54,592 nucleotides of DNA from Bacilli bacterium (GTDB lineage Bacteria > Bacillota_I > Bacilli_A > RF39 > UBA660), in contig JBBAEV010000002.1 of the NCBI GenBank assembly GCA_041655735.1, positions 1 through 54,592 of the forward strand, given 5' to 3'. The position numbers and the translations under genes were made by a program. Each line of letters begins with the position of its first letter. Within the stretch, counting starts at the first letter, position 1. The notes under the pieces are model-generated. The model saw only the letters and a program-made list of their open reading frames with translations, was not told the DNA's origin and did not search any database. This document shows, one piece after another, positions 42,229-52,946 of this stretch.

Positions 42229-44308
42229 TAAATTATATTATTTTATATTTGTAATAGTTTTAATTGTAGTCATAGTATTATTTAATTTTTTTCCAGAAAC
42301 ATCAAAGTATAAGGGTAGTGAAAAAGTTATATATGGATATATAATAAATAAAAAAATAGATGGAGATAAATTAACTATTGAATTAAAAACCAAAGAAAAA
42401 ATAATAGTTAATATGTATATAAAAACAGAAGAGGAAAAAGAATATATTAAAGACAACCATTATTTAGGAGATTATATAAAAGTAACAGGAGAACTTGTTA
42501 AACCGAGTAATAACACTGTATTTAATTTATTTAACTATAAAAAATATTTGGATAATAAAAATATATATTGGTTATTTAATGCAGAATCAATAGAAAAAAT
42601 AAAAGATAATAATAAAATATTTTATTCAATAAAAGAAAATATATATAAAAGAGTAGATAATATAAAATATTCTAATAATCATATAAGAATGCTTTTACTG
42701 GGGGATAAAAGTTATATTGATAATAATACACTAGATAGTTTTAAAATAAATGGTATTAGCCATTTATTTGCCATTTCTGGCATGCATGTTTCAATATTAA
42801 GTGTGATTCTACTGTTTGTGTTAAAAAAAATAAGAATATCAGAATATATACGCTATTTAATAGTATCTTTATTTTTACTATTTTTTCTTTTCCTCGCTAA
42901 TTATATGCCTGGAGTATCAAGAGCGGTATTATTTTTTATTTTACTTTCTATTAATAAAATATATTATTTTCATATTAAACCAATAAATATTTTATTATTA
43001 ACTATTTCTATTCTCTTAATAATAAAAAAAGGTTATATATTTGATCTTGGATTCCAATTATCATCAATAATATCATTATATTTATTATTCTCCCAGAAAA
43101 TAATAGCTAAATATAATAAATATTTTATTAAATTATTAATTGTATCATTAGTAGCTTTTTTAAGTAGTATGCCTCTTATTATTTATAATTTTTTTGAATT
43201 GAATCTATTAAGTCCATTAATTAATTTAATATTTGTACCATTTGTTTCCATTATTGTATTTCCATTCTCTTTTATTACTTTTTTATTTCCATTTTTTGAT
43301 AGTGTTTTATTTTTCTTTATTAATATATTAGAAGGTTTATCTGTTTTAATCAGTAAAATTTCTTTTTTTAAAATTATTATACCTAAACCTAACATAGCAT
43401 TTATTTTTTTGTATTATATTTTAATAACATATATATTATTAACATTAAATAAAAAAAGCATTATTTTATTAATAATATTATTTATAATTAATTATAAATT
43501 ACCCTTATTAAATACATATGGTTATATGATAATGATAGATGTTAATCAAGGAGATTCTATATTAATAAGTTATCCATATAGTAAAACAAATATTTTAATA
43601 GATACAGGGGGCAAGGATAATTATTATAAAGAATCATGGAAACAAAGAATAAGAGAATATTCATTAGGAAAAGACAGAATAATTCCGTTATTAAAATCAT
43701 TAGGAATAAGAAAACTTGATTATTTAATTATTACCCATGGTGATAATGATCATATAGGAGAAGCAATTAATCTAGTTAATAATTATAAAGTAATAAATGT
43801 TTTATTAAATAAAGGGAAAATAAATAATAATGAGAAAAAGTTAATAAGTTATATAAAAAAACATAACATTAAATATAGTCTAATCACAAAAGATAACATA
43901 TTAATAAATAATAGCTTATATATAATAAATGATAAAATATATAATAATGAAAACGATAATAGTACCATACTATATTTTAATATTAATAAGCATAAAATGT
44001 TATTAACTGGTGACATATCAAAACATGTAGAAAATGATTTAATTAATAATTATCAATTGAATAATATCAACATATTAAAAATAGCTCATCACGGTTCTAA
44101 TACAAGCACTAGTTCCTCATTTTTAAATGAAATAAACACTAAATATGCATTTATATCGGTAGGTAAAAATAATAGATTTAATCATCCAAGCATAGAGGTA
44201 TTAGAAAGTTTAAAAAATAAAAACATCAATACATATATGACTAGTACACATGGCAGTATTAAATATATTTTTGATAAAAATGGAACCATTTTTACATGTC
44301 CACCATAA
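42197..44308 (+). CDS. comEC: DNA internalization competence protein ComEC/Rec2
   Basis: Polytopic, with ISHLFAISGMHVSIL and a C-terminal metallo-beta-lactamase domain (ITHGDNDHIGE). The start is uncertain: the ATG at 42197 follows GGTGA and overlaps the end of comEA. Confidence 0.85.
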   Translation: MIKLRTILLCDKLYYFIFVIVLIVVIVLFNFFPETSKYKGSEKVIYGYIINKKIDGDKLTIELKTKEKIIVNMYIKTEEEKEYIKDNHYLGDYIKVTGELVKPSNNTVFNLFNYKKYLDNKNIYWLFNAESIEKIKDNNKIFYSIKENIYKRVDNIKYSNNHIRMLLLGDKSYIDNNTLDSFKINGISHLFAISGMHVSILSVILLFVLKKIRISEYIRYLIVSLFLLFFLFLANYMPGVSRAVLFFILLSINKIYYFHIKPINILLLTISILLIIKKGYIFDLGFQLSSIISLYLLFSQKIIAKYNKYFIKLLIVSLVAFLSSMPLIIYNFFELNLLSPLINLIFVPFVSIIVFPFSFITFLFPFFDSVLFFFINILEGLSVLISKISFFKIIIPKPNIAFIFLYYILITYILLTLNKKSIILLIILFIINYKLPLLNTYGYMIMIDVNQGDSILISYPYSKTNILIDTGGKDNYYKESWKQRIREYSLGKDRIIPLLKSLGIRKLDYLIITHGDNDHIGEAINLVNNYKVINVLLNKGKINNNEKKLISYIKKHNIKYSLITKDNILINNSLYIINDKIYNNENDNSTILYFNINKHKMLLTGDISKHVENDLINNYQLNNINILKIAHHGSNTSTSSSFLNEINTKYAFISVGKNNRFNHPSIEVLESLKNKNINTYMTSTHGSIKYIFDKNGTIFTCPP

Positions 44309-44350
44309 ATATATTAGTGAGGACGCTACGTGTTAGCGTTCATATAGATG

Positions 44351-44373
44351 AGGAAGCATTTTGCTTCCTTTTT
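44351..44373 (+). terminator. intrinsic terminator after comEC
   Basis: AGGAAGCA-TTT-TGCTTCCT followed by TTTT. A second hairpin precedes it, ACGCTA/TAGCGT at 44323-44339. Confidence 0.7.
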
Positions 44374-44408
44374 CCATGCATATAAGCTATAATTAAATTG
44401 GTGGTAAT

Positions 44409-45365
44409 ATGATTTATGTACTTTATGGAACAGAAAAATATTTAATTGATCAAAAATTAAAATCCATTCTTTCTAAAGAAAATATAAGTTTTGATAACAT
44501 TTCAAAATATGACATGAAAGAAACTCCTTTATCGTTTGTATTAGAAGATGCATTAATGCCTTCACTCTTTACTAATAAAAAATTTATTATATGCAATAAT
44601 TGTTATTTTCTAACTGCTAGTACTATAAAATCAGATATAGACCATAACACTGATGAATTAGTTAATTATATAAATCTAAAAAACAATGACACTATAATTA
44701 TTTTTATAGTTGATTATGAGACACTAGATGAAAGAAAAAAGGTAGTGAAGTTATTAAAAAAAGAAACCAATTTATATAAAGCCAATAAACTAATTGATAA
44801 TGATTTAATAAATTATATTATTAATCATTTAAAAGAGAACAATTATAAAATATCAAGGAATGATGCTTTATATTTAAAAGATAGAACTAATAATAATCTA
44901 GATATAGTTTATCAGGAATTAAATAAATTAATGTTATATAAAGAAAATGAAAAAGAAATAACAGAAGAAGATATAAATGAATTAGTATCAAAAAATATTG
45001 ATGATAATATTTTTTCATTGATAAATGCAGTAGTCGATAACAACAAACCTAAAATAATGGAAATATATAATGAATTGATAAGAAATAATGAAGAGCCGGT
45101 AAAAATAATTGTATTAATAGCGAATCAATTCAGGTTAATATATCAAACTAAGGTTTTATATAATCAAGGTTATACAGAAAAAGATATTTCTTCTAAATTA
45201 GGCGTTCATCCATATCGCATCAAGCTTGCTTATCAAAAAGGTAAAATAATGGATGAAAAGAAAATACTAAAATATTTAAGTTATCTTGCCAATCTTGATT
45301 TTGAGATAAAAAGTGGTAAAATAGACAAATATCTTGGTTTGGAATTGTTTTTATTAAAGATATAA
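44409..45365 (+). CDS. holA: DNA polymerase III subunit delta
   Basis: 318 aa. N-terminus (IYVLYGTEKYLIDQ) and length are typical. The conserved position is between comEC and rpsT. Confidence 0.78.
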   Translation: MIYVLYGTEKYLIDQKLKSILSKENISFDNISKYDMKETPLSFVLEDALMPSLFTNKKFIICNNCYFLTASTIKSDIDHNTDELVNYINLKNNDTIIIFIVDYETLDERKKVVKLLKKETNLYKANKLIDNDLINYIINHLKENNYKISRNDALYLKDRTNNNLDIVYQELNKLMLYKENEKEITEEDINELVSKNIDDNIFSLINAVVDNNKPKIMEIYNELIRNNEEPVKIIVLIANQFRLIYQTKVLYNQGYTEKDISSKLGVHPYRIKLAYQKGKIMDEKKILKYLSYLANLDFEIKSGKIDKYLGLELFLLKI

Positions 45366-45381
45366 CAAATAAAAAGGATTA

Positions 45382-45409
45382 AAAAAGGATATCAAATGAT
45401 ATCCTTTTT
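45382..45409. terminator. bidirectional terminator (holA / queH)
   Basis: AAAAAGGATATCA-AA-TGATATCCTTTTT. Confidence 0.7.
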
Positions 45410-45940
45410 ACTATATATACAGCCACAATAATTTTGTCTATATAAATCATACTTTTTACTAAGTTCAATAGATTTTTTATAACCATCATTCTTTTTAAAA
45501 TCACTTTCTAAATATTTGATGTTATATTTATTTTCTAATTCTTTTCCGATTTCATTTAACCAATTACTATTTTTATATGGACTTACTGATAAAGTAGAAG
45601 TAAATATATCAGCATTAACTGCTATAGCTTTTAAAGCAGTTCTTTCTAATCTCATTTTATAGCAATTTAAACATCTTTTGCCTTTTTCTGGTTCTTTTTC
45701 TAAACCATAAGATATGTTTTTAAAATCATTATTATAATAATCGTCAATATATATTTTTATATTTGGATAATTGTTTTTAATAAAATTTTTTAGTTCGATA
45801 TATCTTTTATTAAATTCCTCATAGGGTTCAATATTAGGGTTATAAAAATAAATAGAAATATCATAAATATTATTTAATATTGATAATACATAACTACTAC
45901 AAGGAGCACAACATACATGAAGTAATAATTTTTTCTTCAT
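45392..45940 (-). CDS. queH: epoxyqueuosine reductase QueH
   Basis: LLLHVCCAPCSSYV N-terminal motif and a C-terminal QNYCGC. 182 aa. Confidence 0.85.
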   Translation of the reverse strand: MKKKLLLHVCCAPCSSYVLSILNNIYDISIYFYNPNIEPYEEFNKRYIELKNFIKNNYPNIKIYIDDYYNNDFKNISYGLEKEPEKGKRCLNCYKMRLERTALKAIAVNADIFTSTLSVSPYKNSNWLNEIGKELENKYNIKYLESDFKKNDGYKKSIELSKKYDLYRQNYCGCIYSKKDII

Positions 45941-45941
45941 A

Positions 45942-46850
45942 TTAATTTGCCTCTAAATAAACAGTTTTATCATATGTATGTTGAGTTTTCTCTAATTTTT
46001 CTAATTCTTTTGTAGTTATCAAGAAAAAAGTATGTTCTAATCTATCTTTATTAGAATTTTTTATAACAGGATCATCCCAAGTTAAATCTAAATGATACCA
46101 TTTTCCATCTAATTTAACATAATTCCAAATGTGAGTATTAGAGGCTATTTTATAATTTTTTATATCAAATATCTCTAAAAACAAAGCCATCGCATCAGCA
46201 TAGCCGCCACATATTGCGAAGCCTTCTATTAAAGCACCATAAGCATTATTAGAAGAATAATTACTTTTACCTGTTTTGGTATACTTAGAATCATATTTTG
46301 TATTATTAATTATATAATCATGAATTGCTTTTACTTTTTCTCTATTAGTCATTGTATCTTTTATTACTTTATTGATAATTTGATTTATTTTTATATCTAT
46401 TTCTAATTTCATATCTGAGGTATACATTTTATTAATATTAATCTCAACTTCTCCTATATTATTAGTTATTGTTTCAATATGATGATAACTATTATATGGA
46501 TGAACAAAATTATTTAATTGATTTAATTTAATCGCGTTATTACTCAAACTATTAACATCATTTATACAATCATTATATTCTTTATCACAAGAAAAATTAA
46601 ATTTATCCCAACCAGAGTTAATAGAAGTATAAAATATATTCTTTATATCTTCTTTGTTATTTGGCTCAAATTCATTTGTGTCTTTAACATATAGAAAAGC
46701 ATCATCTTTCTTATATATATTTGCTTCAGGCACTTCTATTTCTTTGGTTTTTACAAATAAATTTACAGTATTATTAATAATTGGTTTTCGATAATTATAT
46801 ATACAAAATAATAGCCCTAAAGTAATTAAAATACCAAATGTTTTTTTCAT
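45942..46850 (-). CDS. membrane-anchored transglutaminase-like domain protein
   Basis: N-terminal anchor. Cys-His-Asp core context CGGYADAMALFL ... HIWNYVKLDGKWYHLDLTWDD. Its stop lies 1 nt from the queH start. Confidence 0.7.
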   Translation of the reverse strand: MKKTFGILITLGLLFCIYNYRKPIINNTVNLFVKTKEIEVPEANIYKKDDAFLYVKDTNEFEPNNKEDIKNIFYTSINSGWDKFNFSCDKEYNDCINDVNSLSNNAIKLNQLNNFVHPYNSYHHIETITNNIGEVEININKMYTSDMKLEIDIKINQIINKVIKDTMTNREKVKAIHDYIINNTKYDSKYTKTGKSNYSSNNAYGALIEGFAICGGYADAMALFLEIFDIKNYKIASNTHIWNYVKLDGKWYHLDLTWDDPVIKNSNKDRLEHTFFLITTKELEKLEKTQHTYDKTVYLEAN

Positions 46851-46875
46851 TTAATCACCTACTTATATTTTAACA

Positions 46876-46904
46876 TAAAAAAGAAGTAATATATTTATTA
46901 CTCC
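46876..46904 (-). terminator. rpsT terminator
   Basis: On the minus strand, AGTAAT-AAATAT-ATTACT followed by TCTTTTTT. Confidence 0.55.
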
Positions 46905-47161
46905 ATATTATTAACATTTTTTGTCAAACGAGTTTTATATCTATTAGCTGTATTTTTATGAATAAAACCCTTTGATAAAGCTTTATCAATTCTTTTTATT
47001 GCGATATTTAATAAATCTTGAGCTTGTTTTTTATCTTTGCTTTTACAAGCATTATCTACTTTTTTAATAGAACTTTTCATGCTTGCTTTAAACATATTAT
47101 TGCTATCATTCTTTTTTTGATTAACAATAACTCTTTTTTTTTCACTTTTAATAGTTGGCAC
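46898..47161 (-). CDS. rpsT: 30S ribosomal protein S20
   Basis: (V)PTIKSEKKRVIVNQKK ... HKNTANRYKTRLTKNV. The GTG at 47161 lies 5 nt after GGAGGTG. The track start at 47200 is an extension. Confidence 0.9.
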   Translation of the reverse strand: MPTIKSEKKRVIVNQKKNDSNNMFKASMKSSIKKVDNACKSKDKKQAQDLLNIAIKRIDKALSKGFIHKNTANRYKTRLTKNVNNME

Positions 47162-47264
47162 TTTTTCACCTCCAAGTAATAACAATATTAATTTTAACAA
47201 ACTATCCTCATAAAATCAATAATATAATCATATTTTATGGGGAAAATAATTATAGGGTGAAAAT

Positions 47265-48308
47265 ATGAATGATGAAATAGATTTGAGTAAATATAAAATA
47301 AGAACTGATTTAGCTATTGAAGAGATAGAACGATTAAAACCTGAATTAACTGGCATTATATCTGAACAAGAACAAATAAAAGATATAAAAATAACGAGAG
47401 TAACTGTTGAAGAAGAAGGATCAAAAAAAATAGGTAAAAATCCAGGAGAATATATTACTATTGAATTTAAAGATATTACTGATTATGAAAATAAAGAAAA
47501 TTTAAAAAAAATATTTTCTAATGAATTAAAAGAATTGTTAAAAAAGATAAATATCAAACAAACAGATACTTGTTTAATAGTAGGATTAGGTAATAGAAAA
47601 TCTACTCCTGATTCATTAGGCCCTGTTACAGTTGATAGTATTTTAGTAACCAAACATTTATTTGATTTAGATAAAAAGAATGTAAATAGGGGATTTCGCC
47701 CTGTTAGTGCCTTTACACCTGGAGTAATGGGTGAAACAGGCATTGAAACAAGCGAAATTATATTAGGTATAATAGAACGTATTAAACCAGATTTTATAAT
47801 TGCGATTGATGCTTTAGCGTCACAATCTATAAATAGAGTAAACAGAACTATTCAAATGACTGATACAGGTATTCATCCTGGTAGTGGTGTAGGAAACGCG
47901 AGAAAAGAATTAAATAAAAACACAATAGGTATACCAGTTATTGCTTTAGGGGTTCCTACTGTTGTTGATGCAGTTACTATAGTAGGTGATACTATTGATT
48001 ACATTGTTAAACATTTTTCATATAAAACACAAAATATTAATAATCCTGTTAGTAAATTAGCCCCATTAATTAACATTGAAAATGAAAATATAGTAGAACT
48101 TTCTAAAGATCAAAAAGAAAAATTGATGGGTATAATAGGGGGTCTTGAAGAAAATGATTTAAAACAATTAATATTTGAAATATTAACCCCTATGGGTTAT
48201 AACCTTATGGTAACTCCTAAAGAAGTAGATTTTATTATGGAAAAATTAGTAGATATTATATCAGGAGGTATTAATAATACCTTACATCGACAAGTTACGA
48301 AATCATAA
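47265..48308 (+). CDS. gpr: germination protease
   Basis: RTDLAIEE, GLGNRKSTPDSLGP, DALASQS, DTGIHPGSGVGN and MVTPKEVD, closely matching the Bacillus Gpr pattern. Confidence 0.93.
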   Translation: MNDEIDLSKYKIRTDLAIEEIERLKPELTGIISEQEQIKDIKITRVTVEEEGSKKIGKNPGEYITIEFKDITDYENKENLKKIFSNELKELLKKINIKQTDTCLIVGLGNRKSTPDSLGPVTVDSILVTKHLFDLDKKNVNRGFRPVSAFTPGVMGETGIETSEIILGIIERIKPDFIIAIDALASQSINRVNRTIQMTDTGIHPGSGVGNARKELNKNTIGIPVIALGVPTVVDAVTIVGDTIDYIVKHFSYKTQNINNPVSKLAPLINIENENIVELSKDQKEKLMGIIGGLEENDLKQLIFEILTPMGYNLMVTPKEVDFIMEKLVDIISGGINNTLHRQVTKS

Positions 48309-48338
48309 GAGAATATAATTATTCATAAGTTATAGAAA

Positions 48339-49364
48339 ATGGGTGATTGTATGAAAAAAATAAGATTTCGTAAAAAATATCACCAAAATAAAATGAAATA
48401 TTTTATATATATAATAATCATTCTTATTGGTTATAACATAGTTCTATCATTATTTAATAATATTAATATCAATACAACTAATGAAGAATTTATAAAAACG
48501 TTATTAAATCAATCTAATCATCATTTGATATCAAATAAATCATTGATAAATAAAACGCTATATTTTTTATCAAACATAGATTTTAATAAACCAACTACCA
48601 TCTTGCAGAATAATTTTACAAACATTATAAATATAGAAGATTATACTAAGGGGATTATTACTGATATTGAATATAATGATGACTATTCTGAACTTAATGA
48701 GCTTCAAAAAAATAGTGGATATGTTGAGGACCCTAATCCTATTAAAATTGAAGACCCTATTATATATATATATAATACTCATCAATTAGAAAGTTATAAT
48801 AAATCTAATATTGAGGTATATAATATAGCTCCTACTGTTATGACGGCCTCTTATATTATGCGAGAGAAGTTAAATAAAATAGGATTGCCCACTATGGTTG
48901 AAAATGCTGATTTTACTGAAATATTAAGAATTAATAATTGGAATTATTCTGCATCTTATAAAGTGTCAAGAGGATATATTATTTCTGCTAAAGAAAAATA
49001 TAATTCTTTAAAATATTATATTGATATTCATCGTGATTCTACTAATGGAAAATTATCCACAATTGCTATTGATGGGACAAAATATGCAAGATTAATGTTT
49101 GTAGTAGGTTTAGAAAATAAAAATTATAAACCTAATTTAGAATTTGCTAGGAAATTACATCTTATGATAGATAAAGAATATCCTGATCTAAGTAGGGGCG
49201 TACTTACCAAAAAAGGTAAAGGAGTAAACGGGGTATATAATCAAGATCTAGATAGCAACATGTTTTTAATAGAAATAGGTGGAGTGGATAGTAATATAGA
49301 AGAAGTAACTAATTCTATTTCAGTTATGGTAGATATATTAAGTAAATACATAAAGGAGAATTAA
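48339..49364 (+). CDS. spoIIP: stage II sporulation protein P
   Basis: N-terminal TM helix. IYIYNTHQLESY and IDIHRDS motifs of the SpoIIP amidase family. Position after gpr. An alternative start is the ATG at 48351. Confidence 0.85.
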   Translation: MGDCMKKIRFRKKYHQNKMKYFIYIIIILIGYNIVLSLFNNININTTNEEFIKTLLNQSNHHLISNKSLINKTLYFLSNIDFNKPTTILQNNFTNIINIEDYTKGIITDIEYNDDYSELNELQKNSGYVEDPNPIKIEDPIIYIYNTHQLESYNKSNIEVYNIAPTVMTASYIMREKLNKIGLPTMVENADFTEILRINNWNYSASYKVSRGYIISAKEKYNSLKYYIDIHRDSTNGKLSTIAIDGTKYARLMFVVGLENKNYKPNLEFARKLHLMIDKEYPDLSRGVLTKKGKGVNGVYNQDLDSNMFLIEIGGVDSNIEEVTNSISVMVDILSKYIKEN

Positions 49365-49365
49365 T

Positions 49366-49704
49366 ATGGAGGAAGAAAAAGAAAAAAAATACACAATATT
49401 CAAATGGATTTTTTTAGTATTATCGCTCATATTCTTAACTTTATATATATCCCAAGCTACTGGTTACTACGAATTCCAACAACAAAAGCGTGTTAAATTA
49501 ACTGAAGAAAAAATAAAGGAATTTGAAAAAGATGTTGCATCAGGAGAAAAGATTGATATAAATGATTATTTAGAAGATATGGAAGTAGATTATAATAATG
49601 GAGTATCAAAAGCTGGTTTAAAAATCTCAGAAAAAATAGAAGGTATATTTAATGGCGGAATGAAATTCTTTTTTGAATTTTTAGAAGCATTATTTGGCAG
49701 TTAA
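49366..49704 (+). CDS. small membrane-anchored protein in the yqxA position
   Basis: 112 aa with one TM helix (IFKWIFLVLSLIFLTLYI). Starts 2 nt after the spoIIP stop. The assignment is by synteny only. Confidence 0.45.
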   Translation: MEEEKEKKYTIFKWIFLVLSLIFLTLYISQATGYYEFQQQKRVKLTEEKIKEFEKDVASGEKIDINDYLEDMEVDYNNGVSKAGLKISEKIEGIFNGGMKFFFEFLEALFGS

Positions 49705-49784
49705 CAATGGCAAGTAAATGTATATAAAGTTGCATATATTAAATAAATATGTTAAATTATAAGTAATAAATGAGGTGAATTTTT

Positions 49785-50315
49785 ATGAGTAGAGGAAAAT
49801 TAAAAATTGGTAAAAATGCAGCTAATACATTAAGAAGAAGATATGTTATTAAAAAACCAGCAAGATTTATTGCTTTTGTTGGGTTATCAGTAGTTTTATT
49901 AACATCATTATTTATTCCTCAAACAACCTGGAGGCAAATTGGCGGAGCTATAAATATGCAAAATGCTAGAGGAACTTATGGTGTTTTAAAAGAAACAGAA
50001 ACAAATGCTACTTTTAAAGAAGAAGAAGCAATTAAATATTATTTACAATATTATTTTCCGCAAATTGATGGCAGTAAATATGCTGAAAATAATGGCTGGT
50101 TTAAAGCTGCTGTGTTAGTTGAAGAAATGACTGATGGTGCTATTAAAGTTGACACCAATTCAGGGCCTGAAAAAACTAGAAAATATTATATAGAAAGAGA
50201 TCAAGCAAAAATAGATGAGTATAATAAGAAAAACCCAGACTTTAAAGAATTAACTCCATTAACACTTGATATATCAAATATTAAACCAGAAGAACATAAT
50301 ATTTTTAAGAGCTAA
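49785..50315 (+). CDS. hypothetical membrane-anchored 176-aa protein
   Basis: Basic N-terminus plus one TM helix (FIAFVGLSVVLLTSLFI). SD GAGGTGA. A terminator follows. Confidence 0.5.
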   Translation: MSRGKLKIGKNAANTLRRRYVIKKPARFIAFVGLSVVLLTSLFIPQTTWRQIGGAINMQNARGTYGVLKETETNATFKEEEAIKYYLQYYFPQIDGSKYAENNGWFKAAVLVEEMTDGAIKVDTNSGPEKTRKYYIERDQAKIDEYNKKNPDFKELTPLTLDISNIKPEEHNIFKS

Positions 50316-50316
50316 T

Positions 50317-50344
50317 AAGAGAATAAATTAATTCTCTTTTTTTT
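50317..50344 (+). terminator. intrinsic terminator
   Basis: AAGAGAAT, a 6-nt loop, ATTCTCTT, then TTTTTT. Confidence 0.75.
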
Positions 50345-50376
50345 ATTTAGGTGTTATAATTTAAGAAGGTGATTTT

Positions 50377-52173
50377 ATGAACAAACAAAATATTAGAAAC
50401 TTTTCGATAATTGCCCATATTGATCATGGGAAAAGTACTTTAGCTGATCGTATATTAGAAATAACTAATACTGTATCAAGTAGAAACATGAAACAACAAT
50501 TATTAGATAATATGGAGTTAGAAAGAGAAAGAGGCATTACAATTAAGTTAAATGCTGTTCAATTAAAATACAATTATAATAATGAAGAATATATCTTACA
50601 TTTAATAGATACTCCAGGGCATGTTGATTTTACATATGAAGTATCTAGATCTTTAGCGGCTTGTGAAGGGGCTGTCTTAGTTGTTGATGCAGCTCAGGGT
50701 ATTGAAGCACAAACTATTGCGAATGTTTATCTAGCTTTAGAAAACGATTTAAAAATAATACCAGTTATTAATAAAATTGATTTACCAAATGCAGATCCAG
50801 ATAAAGTAAAAAAAGAATTAAAGGAAACATTTGGTTTTAATGATAAAGAAATAATATCAGTAAGTGCTAAAACGGGAAAGGGAATAGATAAAGTATTAGA
50901 AAGAGTTATAAAAGAAATACCAGCTCCCAGTGGAAAAACTGAAGAGCCTCCTCAAGCTCTTATCTTTGATAGTTTTTATGACCCTTATCGTGGTGTTATA
51001 GCTTTGGTAAAGATAGTAAATGGCAAAGTAAAAAAAGGTGATTATATTAAAATGATGAATACTAATGCAGTGTATGATGTTATCGAATTAGGTATTAATA
51101 ATCCCTTTGAAGTAAGAAAAGATGAACTTATAACTGGAGAAGTGGGATGGATTAACGCTGGCATAAAAGATATTAAAGATATAAAAGTAGGAGATACTAT
51201 AACTTTAAAAAATAATCCTTCAACTAATAAACCACCTGGATATAAACCAATGAAACCAATGGTATTTTGTGGACTTTATCCAATTGATTCTACTAAATAC
51301 ACATTATTAAAAGATGCATTAGATAAACTAAAATTAAACGATGCTGCCTTAGAATTTGAACCAGAAACATCTACATCTTTAGGATTTGGCTTTAGATGTG
51401 GTTTTTTAGGTATGCTTCATATGGAAATAATTGAAGAAAGAATAGAAAGAGAATTTAAAATAGATTTAATCGCAACCTCTCCTAGTGTTATATATGAAGT
51501 TTATCTGACTGATAAAACCATGATTACTATTGATAACCCCACTAAAATGCCAGACAAACAAAAGATAGAGGAAATAAAAGAACCGTATATAAAAACTAGT
51601 ATTTTAGTACCTAATGAATATGTAGGTAGCATTATGGAATTATGTCAAGAAAAAAGAGGTACATATATTAATATGGATTATATTGATAAAAATAGAGTTA
51701 ATATTCATTACGAAGTGCCTTTATCAGAAATTGTATATGATTTTTTTGATAAATTAAAATCATATTCTAAAGGTTATGCTTCTTTTGATTATGAATTAAT
51801 AGGATATAAAACTAATGATTTAGTAAAAATGGATATTTTATTAAATAATGAAATAGTAGATGCTTTAAGTATTATAGTTCATAGAGATTTTGCCTATAAT
51901 AGAGGCAGAATAATAGTAAATAAATTAAAAAATATAATACCTAGACAAATGTTTGAAGTACCTGTTCAAGCAGTTATTGGAAGTAAAGTAATAGCTAGAT
52001 CTGATATTAAAGCCTTGAGAAAAAATGTATTAGCTAAATGTTATGGTGGAGATGTTTCTAGAAAAAGAAAACTACTTGAAAAACAAAAAGAAGGAAAGAA
52101 GAGAATGAAAAGAGTAGGTAATGTTGAGATACCTCAAGAAGCATTCTTATCTGTATTAAGTGTAGATGAATAA
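50377..52173 (+). CDS. lepA: translation elongation factor 4
   Basis: [17 protein letters not shown] and NKIDL, plus the LepA-specific C-terminus. TGTTATAAT lies at 50352-50360. Confidence 0.96.
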   Translation: MNKQNIRNFSIIAHIDHGKSTLADRILEITNTVSSRNMKQQLLDNMELERERGITIKLNAVQLKYNYNNEEYILHLIDTPGHVDFTYEVSRSLAACEGAVLVVDAAQGIEAQTIANVYLALENDLKIIPVINKIDLPNADPDKVKKELKETFGFNDKEIISVSAKTGKGIDKVLERVIKEIPAPSGKTEEPPQALIFDSFYDPYRGVIALVKIVNGKVKKGDYIKMMNTNAVYDVIELGINNPFEVRKDELITGEVGWINAGIKDIKDIKVGDTITLKNNPSTNKPPGYKPMKPMVFCGLYPIDSTKYTLLKDALDKLKLNDAALEFEPETSTSLGFGFRCGFLGMLHMEIIEERIEREFKIDLIATSPSVIYEVYLTDKTMITIDNPTKMPDKQKIEEIKEPYIKTSILVPNEYVGSIMELCQEKRGTYINMDYIDKNRVNIHYEVPLSEIVYDFFDKLKSYSKGYASFDYELIGYKTNDLVKMDILLNNEIVDALSIIVHRDFAYNRGRIIVNKLKNIIPRQMFEVPVQAVIGSKVIARSDIKALRKNVLAKCYGGDVSRKRKLLEKQKEGKKRMKRVGNVEIPQEAFLSVLSVDE

Positions 52174-52175
52174 AA

Positions 52176-52199
52176 AAAAGATGATTAATATCATCTTTT
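52176..52199. terminator. bidirectional terminator (lepA / 215-aa orphan)
   Basis: AAAAGATGAT-TAAT-ATCATCTTTT, flanked by an A-run and a T. Confidence 0.75.
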
Positions 52200-52846
52200 T
52201 AGTTATCTGTTTCACTTGAATTAAGTGGGGCTTTACCACAATTACATCTTTTTGCATAAACATAAGAACTTTTATCTTTTTTTGTTGTATCTTTTGTTCT
52301 ATCTTTATGTCGTTTTGTTTTGTAGTAACTATCAGCATATCTTTCTAAATACTTTTTCATAAATAATACTTTTTTAGGATTGTTAGCAACCCCTACTATA
52401 TATAGATACTCACGATATTCTTCCATCCAAGTTTTATCACTTATTTCGTTTTTAGAAGGATCAAAAATATATCCATCCGCCTCTTTGTCGTGGCTTTCAA
52501 TAGCTTCTTGATATGCATCTTTATATCTATTTAAATATGCATTCATAGTTTCTAATTGAACTGGATTATTTATTATTTTCATTATAGACATATATTCACA
52601 ATAACGTTTATATGAAAAGTTATTTAGTATATTGTCCTTTCTCTTCTTTGAATGTAATTTAATAATATTTCTTTTCCCTATATTATCTTCTTCATCATTT
52701 TCAAATATAAATTGTTCATCAAAATTACCAGCCATAAAATCTCTTATAGCTTGTTCTTCTAAATCTTTTATTAAACGAGCTTCTTTTTTTAAAATATTGA
52801 ATAATTCTTTATACTTTCCCCAAGTTCTTTGATTCATTGTTGACAT
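52199..52846 (-). CDS. hypothetical 215-aa protein with an internal about 34-aa duplication
   Basis: SD GGAGGAG. The repeats YKRYCEYMSIMKIINNPVQLETMNAYLNRYKDAY and MEEYREYLYIVGVANNPKKVLFMKKYLERYADSY share Y..EY..I....NNP.....M..YL.RY.D.Y. The C-terminal tail is basic with CNCG. Confidence 0.6.
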   Translation of the reverse strand: MSTMNQRTWGKYKELFNILKKEARLIKDLEEQAIRDFMAGNFDEQFIFENDEEDNIGKRNIIKLHSKKRKDNILNNFSYKRYCEYMSIMKIINNPVQLETMNAYLNRYKDAYQEAIESHDKEADGYIFDPSKNEISDKTWMEEYREYLYIVGVANNPKKVLFMKKYLERYADSYYKTKRHKDRTKDTTKKDKSSYVYAKRCNCGKAPLNSSETDN

Positions 52847-52880
52847 GTTTTACTCCTCCATAAATTATTTGATGTTAAAT

Positions 52881-52909
52881 ATTATACGAAGAAACTAAAC
52901 TTATGTCAA
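52881..52909 (-). promoter_or_regulatory. perfect consensus sigmaA promoter TTGACA-17-TATAAT (minus strand)
   Basis: On the reverse complement, TTGACA lies at 52904-52909 and TATAAT at 52881-52886, with an exact 17-nt spacer. Confidence 0.7.
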
Positions 52910-52946
52910 TTAAATTATGGTATAATTTTCCTATCGAGGTGTTTAT

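Noticed and set aside
44318-44386. A 22-codon GTG ORF and a hairpin (ACGCTA/TAGCGT) between comEC and holA, in the position of B. subtilis yqzM.
   Set aside because: There is no SD. The ORF runs through two hairpins, which are better explained as tandem terminators. I saw no similarity to a membrane micro-protein.
47229-47250. CATATTTTA and GGGGAAAATAAT upstream of gpr, considered as forespore (sigmaF/sigmaG-type) -10 elements.
   Set aside because: I found no convincing matching -35. The GGGGAAAATAAT element lies only 15 nt from the ATG, so its transcript would lack the SD. It cannot be supported without experimental start sites.
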